This document shows, in pieces, positions 27,904 through 32,000 of a stretch of 32,000 nucleotides of DNA (its first letter is position 1; every line of letters begins with the position of its first letter). The translations under genes and the position numbers were made by a program. This DNA comes from Synechococcus sp. A15-28 (GTDB taxonomy: Bacteria; Cyanobacteriota; Cyanobacteriia; PCC-6307; Cyanobiaceae). The notes under the pieces are model-generated. The model did no database searches and was not told where the DNA came from. It was given only the letters and a program-made list of their open reading frames with translations. The stretch covers positions 990,001 through 1,022,000 of the forward strand of contig NZ_CP047931.1 of assembly GCF_014280175.1 (NCBI RefSeq). The letters are read 5' to 3'.

Positions 27904-28284
27904 ATGCTGACTGGTTCCGACCTTCTCAATCGGGTCAAAGAACTTGGTGATATCAGTAAAACTGACCTTGCCAGGGGTTGTGGCTACGTCTCCACCAAAA
28001 AGGACGGCGGCGAGCGAGTCAATTTCACGGCGTTCTACGAGGCTCTTCTGGAAGCCAAGGGGGTCAGCCTGTCCACCGGTGGATCCGCTGGTATTGGTAA
28101 GGGTGGTCGGAAGCTGTCTTACATCGCGACGGTTCAGGGCAACGGAAATCTCCTGGTGGGAAAGGCCTACACCGCAATGTTGAACCTGAATCCTGGAGAT
28201 GAGTTCGAGATAAAGCTTGGCAAGAAAGCGATTCGCCTGATTCCTGTTGGAGGCAGCGAAGAGGACGAGTCCGGCGAAGAGTGA
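27904..28284 (+). CDS. AbrB-like transcriptional regulator, cyanobacterial type
   Basis: MLTGSDLLNRVKELGDISKTDLARGCGYVSTKKDGGERVNFTAFYEALLEAKG...AYTAMLNLNPGDEFEIKLGKKAIRL. Start placed at ATG 27904, downstream of a promoter-like TTGTTC-16-TCTAAT. Confidence 0.9.
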   Translation: MLTGSDLLNRVKELGDISKTDLARGCGYVSTKKDGGERVNFTAFYEALLEAKGVSLSTGGSAGIGKGGRKLSYIATVQGNGNLLVGKAYTAMLNLNPGDEFEIKLGKKAIRLIPVGGSEEDESGEE

Positions 28285-28308
28285 TTCCGCGGCAACAAAC
28301 GCCGATGG

Positions 28309-28344
28309 TCCCCTGATTCCTTAAGGTCTCAGGGGATTTCTTTT
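28309..28344 (+). terminator. Rho-independent terminator-like hairpin after abrB
   Basis: TCCCCTGA...TCAGGGGA stem followed by TTTCTTTT. Confidence 0.65.
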
Positions 28345-28350
28345 GAGTCG

Positions 28351-28542
28351 ATGCCTTATCAGCCTTCAAAGGAGCACCTGGATCGACAGATTCCCAAAGC
28401 CGTTAAGGCGATCAACGAAACTTTGAAAAACCTCAGCAAATCCACCGGTGCTGACGAACGGTTTATCAGCTTGATGCTGGATTCTCTAGCTCGACAGTGG
28501 GAGTACAAGAACCCCAGCCGCGAAGGCTTTGGCTTCCGCTAG
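28351..28542 (+). CDS. Small hypothetical protein (63 aa)
   Basis: MPYQPSKEHLDRQIPKAVKAINETLKNLSKSTGADERFISLMLDSLARQWEYKNPSREGFGFR; ATG start, protein-like composition. Confidence 0.65.
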   Translation: MPYQPSKEHLDRQIPKAVKAINETLKNLSKSTGADERFISLMLDSLARQWEYKNPSREGFGFR

Positions 28543-28581
28543 AGGAAACACCGCTTCGGCTGAAACAGCTTTGCTGGATCG

Positions 28582-28683
28582 TTACAGCAAAAAGAGGAAA
28601 AGCACGATCCATGCCGTTCCAATAAAAAAGATCTTGTCTGGACCTCGATCGATGTCAAACAGTTCGTAGAGCCCTGGATTCAT
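28582..28683 (-). CDS. Putative 33-aa single-pass membrane microprotein
   Basis: Direct minus-strand translation MNPGLYELFDIDRGPDKIFFIGTAWIVLFLFLL, stop TAA at 28584-28582; below ORF-track cut-off. Confidence 0.5.
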   Translation of the reverse strand: MNPGLYELFDIDRGPDKIFFIGTAWIVLFLFLL

Positions 28684-28861
28684 TGGCACAATTTTTCAAG
28701 GTTTAATCTAATCGCTGCTTGGCTGCATTGTTGTCTGGCCGCCTCGTCGTTGCCAGTGCCCCATGAGGGGGTGAACCCTGAACCTTTCCCCCATCATGAC
28801 GACGCTGAACGATTGGTTTGGCCTGCTGTCAATCTGTTGCTGAGATAACTCCCATCCCCGC

Positions 28862-29263
28862 GTGACCTCTATCAGCGGCAACTACAGCGGGGACCTGCGT
28901 TGTACGTCGGTGCACCGCCCATCGGGATCAGCCCTGGAAACCGATGCTCCTGCAGATAACCAAGGCCGGGGTGAGCGCTTCTCTCCCACCGATTTGGTGG
29001 CAACAGCCCTGAACACCTGCCTCCTGACGATCATGGGGATCGTTGCCGAGCGCCATGGCTGGGATCTCCTGGGCTGCAAAGCCCGTGTTGAGAAGGTGAT
29101 GACCACGGAGCCTCCTCGCAAAATCGCCTGTCTTGAGGTGTGGATCGAGCTCCCTGCTCATCTCGATCCAAAGGCCCGCAGGATTCTTGATAAGGCTGCT
29201 GAGAACTGCCCGGTCAAACTGAGTCTGGAGGCAAGTATTCCGATGATCTTCCACTGGAGCTGA
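28862..29263 (+). CDS. OsmC family protein
   Basis: 133 aa, GTG start: FSPTDLVATALNTCLLTIMGIVAERHGWDLLGCKARVEKVM...NCPVKLSLE, a typical OsmC/Ohr-like fold pattern. Confidence 0.87.
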   Translation: MTSISGNYSGDLRCTSVHRPSGSALETDAPADNQGRGERFSPTDLVATALNTCLLTIMGIVAERHGWDLLGCKARVEKVMTTEPPRKIACLEVWIELPAHLDPKARRILDKAAENCPVKLSLEASIPMIFHWS

Positions 29264-29273
29264 GGCTTTCTCA

Positions 29274-29438
29274 ATGGTCCAGGGCCGGTTCATTCATTCC
29301 TTGCGTTCAAGCAAGCGCCGTGCCTGTCGTCGTTGTTCACCGCCCTACCGACCGGTGGATGTGCGTCCTTTGGTGATCTGTCTGCTCATTGCTGTGGCCG
29401 TGTTGATGGGGATTGCTCTGTTGGTTCTGATTGCATAG
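29274..29438 (+). CDS. Putative 54-aa small membrane protein
   Basis: Direct translation MVQGRFIHSLRSSKRRACRRCSPPYRPVDVRPLVICLLIAVAVLMGIALLVLIA, basic N-terminus plus one TM helix; starts 10 nt after the OsmC stop; below ORF-track cut-off. Confidence 0.5.
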   Translation: MVQGRFIHSLRSSKRRACRRCSPPYRPVDVRPLVICLLIAVAVLMGIALLVLIA

Positions 29439-29444
29439 CCATAC

Positions 29445-29471
29445 AAAAAAGCCCCGGCCTTAGCCGGGGCT
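29445..29471 (-). terminator. Rho-independent terminator of rpe
   Basis: On minus strand AGCCCCGGC-TAAG-GCCGGGGCTTTTTT: 8-bp GC stem, 4-nt loop, six Ts. Confidence 0.88.
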
Positions 29472-29495
29472 CCATCAGCAAGCCTGAGGCTTGAA

Positions 29496-30179
29496 TCAGA
29501 CCAGAACCGCCTCTTTGCTGCTGCTGTTGCGGATGCCCTTGATCGCTTCCGCGTAGTCCGGCTGGTTGAACACACCGGAACCGGACACGATGGCGTTGGC
29601 GCCGGCTTCGATCACCTTCCAGGCATTGCCGGCTTTGACGCCACCATCCACTTCGATCCAGGGATCCAAACCACGCTCGTCGCACATGCGGCGCAGGTCG
29701 CGGATCTTCTGAACCTGGTTCTCAATGAAGCTCTGCCCACCGAAGCCGGGGTTCACGCTCATGATCAGCACCAGATCACAGAGCTCGAGGCAGTACTCAA
29801 GGGTGTCGAGGGGGGTGCTTGGGTTCAGCACAGCACCAGCCATTTTGCCGAGATCCTTGATCTGGGCCAGGTTGCGATGCAGGTGTGGGCATGCTTCCAC
29901 CTGAACGGAAATGATGTCAGCGCCGGCCTTGGCGAAGTCAGGAACGTACTTCTCGGGCTCAACAATCATCAAATGAACGTCGAGGGGCTTCTGGGTCACC
30001 GGGCGCAGGGCTTCGACGATCAGAGGTCCGATCGTGATATTGGGGACAAATCGTCCATCCATCACGTCCACATGGATCCAGTCCGCGCCGGCCTCATCCA
30101 CAGACTTCACTTCATCGCCGAGACGGGAGAAATCAGCCGACAGGATCGACGGAGAGATCACCAGGGGCTTGGTGCTCAT
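29496..30179 (-). CDS. rpe: Ribulose-phosphate 3-epimerase
   Basis: [60 protein letters not shown]...[11 protein letters not shown]; 227 aa from ATG at 30179. Confidence 0.97.
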   Translation of the reverse strand: MSTKPLVISPSILSADFSRLGDEVKSVDEAGADWIHVDVMDGRFVPNITIGPLIVEALRPVTQKPLDVHLMIVEPEKYVPDFAKAGADIISVQVEACPHLHRNLAQIKDLGKMAGAVLNPSTPLDTLEYCLELCDLVLIMSVNPGFGGQSFIENQVQKIRDLRRMCDERGLDPWIEVDGGVKAGNAWKVIEAGANAIVSGSGVFNQPDYAEAIKGIRNSSSKEAVLV

Positions 30180-30332
30180 GGAGAAGGAGCGCGGAATGCG
30201 CGGTGATTTTAGGGACCTCGGCAACCACTGATACAGTGAGCCGCGCTCAGGCGTCGAGATCCATTGCGGCAAGGGCAGATTGCTCTCCCTGATGGAGTCG
30301 CCAGCCCCCTTCACCCCACCATCCGGAGTCCC

Positions 30333-31337
30333 GTGGACCAGACCCTGATTCAGGAAATTCTCGAGGTCGTTGAGCAAGCTGCCATCGCCTCCGCCAAGCT
30401 CTCCGGCAAAGGCCTTAAGAACGAAGCCGACGCCGCTGCAGTGGAAGCCATGCGCAAGCGCATGGGCCAGATCCAGATGCAGGGCCGCATCGTGATCGGT
30501 GAAGGTGAGCGCGACGAAGCTCCGATGCTTTACATCGGTGAAGAAGTCGGCAGTGGCACTGGTCCAGGCGTTGACTTCGCCGTCGACCCCTGCGAAGGCA
30601 CCAACCTCTGCGCCTTCAACCAGCGCGGTTCCATGGCTGTGCTCGCCGCGTCCGACCGCGGTGGTCTGTTCAACGCCCCCGACTTCTACATGAAGAAGCT
30701 GGCCGCACCCCCGGCCGCCAAGGGCAAGGTGGACATCCGCAAGTCCGCCACCGAGAACATCAAGATCCTCAGCGAGTGCCTTGGCCTCGCTGTTGATGAA
30801 CTGACCATCGTTGTGATGGATCGTGCCCGTCACAAGGATCTGATCGCTGAGATCCGCGCCACCGGTGCCCGCATCCAGCCGATCTCCGACGGTGACGTCC
30901 AGGCTGCGATCGCCTGCGGCTTCGCCGGCACCGGAACCCATTGCCTGATGGGCATCGGCGCTGCTCCTGAGGGGGTGATTTCCGCTGCTGCCATGCGTGC
31001 TCTGGGCGGCCACTTCCAGGGTCAGCTGGTGTACGACCCTGCCGTGGCACAGACCTCTGAGTGGGCCGACATGACCAAGGAGGGCAACTTGGCTCGCCTG
31101 GCGGAAATGGGCATCACAGATCCCGACAAGGTTTATGAGGCCGAGGAGCTGGCCTGTGGTGAGCACGTTTGTTTCGCTGGCAGCGGCATCACGGATGGCC
31201 TGCTGTTCCACGGGGTTAAGTTCGAACGCGATTGCACGCGGACCAGCAGCCTGGTGATCAGCAACTTGGATGACACCTGCCGCTTCACCAACACCGTGCA
31301 CATCAAGGACGGCGCCCAGAGCATTGCTCTGAGCTGA
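30333..31337 (+). CDS. glpX: Class II fructose-1,6-bisphosphatase / sedoheptulose-1,7-bisphosphatase
   Basis: In-frame GTG at 30333 giving [25 protein letters not shown]...[22 protein letters not shown]...AVDPCEGTN...; 334 aa, typical length. Confidence 0.96.
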   Translation: MDQTLIQEILEVVEQAAIASAKLSGKGLKNEADAAAVEAMRKRMGQIQMQGRIVIGEGERDEAPMLYIGEEVGSGTGPGVDFAVDPCEGTNLCAFNQRGSMAVLAASDRGGLFNAPDFYMKKLAAPPAAKGKVDIRKSATENIKILSECLGLAVDELTIVVMDRARHKDLIAEIRATGARIQPISDGDVQAAIACGFAGTGTHCLMGIGAAPEGVISAAAMRALGGHFQGQLVYDPAVAQTSEWADMTKEGNLARLAEMGITDPDKVYEAEELACGEHVCFAGSGITDGLLFHGVKFERDCTRTSSLVISNLDDTCRFTNTVHIKDGAQSIALS

Positions 31338-31368
31338 TCGTCACGTTTCGGTTGAAAGGAGAGTCTCC

Positions 31369-32000
31369 ATGCACATTGCCGTTGTCGGCCTCAGTTATCG
31401 CACGGCACCGGTGGAGATCCGGGAACGGCTCAGCATCCCTGAGCAGACCATGGAGACCTCCCTTCAATCGCTTCGAGGTCACGAACAGGTGCTGGAGGCG
31501 TCGATCCTCAGCACCTGCAATCGCCTGGAGATCTATACCCTCGTCCGGAATCCCGATCTCGGTGTTTCTGCGGTCAGTGAATTCCTGAGCGGTCACTCCG
31601 GTCTCGCTACAGGAGATCTGACACCTCATCTCTTCAACTATCACCACGAAGACGCAGTCGATCACCTGATGCGGGTGGCCGCTGGTCTCGACAGCCTTGT
31701 GGTGGGTGAAGGCCAGATCCTCTCCCAGGTCAAGAAAATGATGCGCCTGGGGCAGGAGCACAAGTCCCTTGGCCCGATTCTCAACCGCCTGCTGACGCAG
31801 GCCGTCAGCACCGGAAAACGGGTGCGTAGTGAGACCAATCTCGGCACCGGTGCCGTGTCGATCAGTTCAGCTGCCGTGGAGCTGGCGCAGTTGAAACTCG
31901 GCCAGTCCCGCGGTCAGGATCAGTTGGTCACGCTGGAAAGCGAGCAGATCGCTGTCGTTGGAGCGGGGCGCATGAGTCGCCTGTTGCTGCAGCATCTGCA
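31369..32000 (+). CDS. hemA: Glutamyl-tRNA reductase, N-terminal part, truncated by right window edge
   Basis: Direct translation MHIAVVGLSYRTAPVEIRERLSIPEQTMETSLQSLRGHEQVLEASILSTCNRLEIYTLV...VVGEGQILSQVK...; preceded by AGGAGA. Missing from the ORF track because it is open at the edge. Confidence 0.97.
   Translation, partial: MHIAVVGLSYRTAPVEIRERLSIPEQTMETSLQSLRGHEQVLEASILSTCNRLEIYTLVRNPDLGVSAVSEFLSGHSGLATGDLTPHLFNYHHEDAVDHLMRVAAGLDSLVVGEGQILSQVKKMMRLGQEHKSLGPILNRLLTQAVSTGKRVRSETNLGTGAVSISSAAVELAQLKLGQSRGQDQLVTLESEQIAVVGAGRMSRLLLQHL

Noticed and set aside
27146-27904. 252-aa minus-strand ORF covering the ccsA 3' end and the ccsA-abrB gap
   Set aside because: Antisense to the conserved CcsA WWD region; low-complexity translation. 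I prefer a non-coding interpretation for the gap.
28796-28843. 15-aa ORF MTTLNDWFGLLSICC, possible leader peptide
   Set aside because: Too short to support and no attenuator structure or regulatory-codon run is evident; it could equally be chance.
29496-31301. 601-aa minus-strand ORF spanning rpe and glpX
   Set aside because: The C-terminal 227 aa are rpe; the upstream part is antisense to glpX and has no domain features, so it is an in-frame shadow extension rather than a fusion protein.
1-32000. Search by eye for CRISPR arrays, IS elements, integrases, tRNA-flanked islands, phage or defense genes
   Set aside because: No direct repeat arrays, transposase or integrase motifs, or tRNA structures were recognised. 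The gene content is conserved housekeeping, so I do not claim a novel defense or mobile system here.

Overview
The window looks like an ordinary, densely packed core-genome segment of a marine picocyanobacterium of Synechococcus type. The assignment is inferred from pcyA, chlP, ferredoxin-dependent sulfite reductase, class II FBPase/SBPase (glpX), hemA, cyanobacterial AbrB and the high GC content. I see no phage, transposon, CRISPR, defense or obvious island signature, and no tRNA or rRNA. In order: a tandem M16 peptidase pair (minus strand, one partial at the left edge), pcyA, a DevBCA-like HlyD/FtsX-type/ATPase exporter, a tiny basic protein, a family 2 glycosyltransferase, rpsB-tsf, an unknown 405-aa protein, recG, a VanX-like dipeptidase, sir (minus), glyS, a small membrane protein, chlP (minus), a VanY-like peptidase, a U32 peptidase, typA, a DUF309 protein, lptA-lptB-lptF/G, ccsA, abrB, several small ORFs, an OsmC-family protein, rpe (minus), glpX and partial hemA. 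The supplied ORF track misses both edge-truncated genes and several ORFs under 60 aa; I recovered these by direct translation. I found no convincing new biological system. The best second-look items are the stem-loop-rich intergenic region upstream of abrB (27626-27861), the split catalytic motifs of the M16 pair, the missing canonical start of the HlyD lipoprotein, and unannotated small membrane-protein ORFs around 28.58-29.44 kb.
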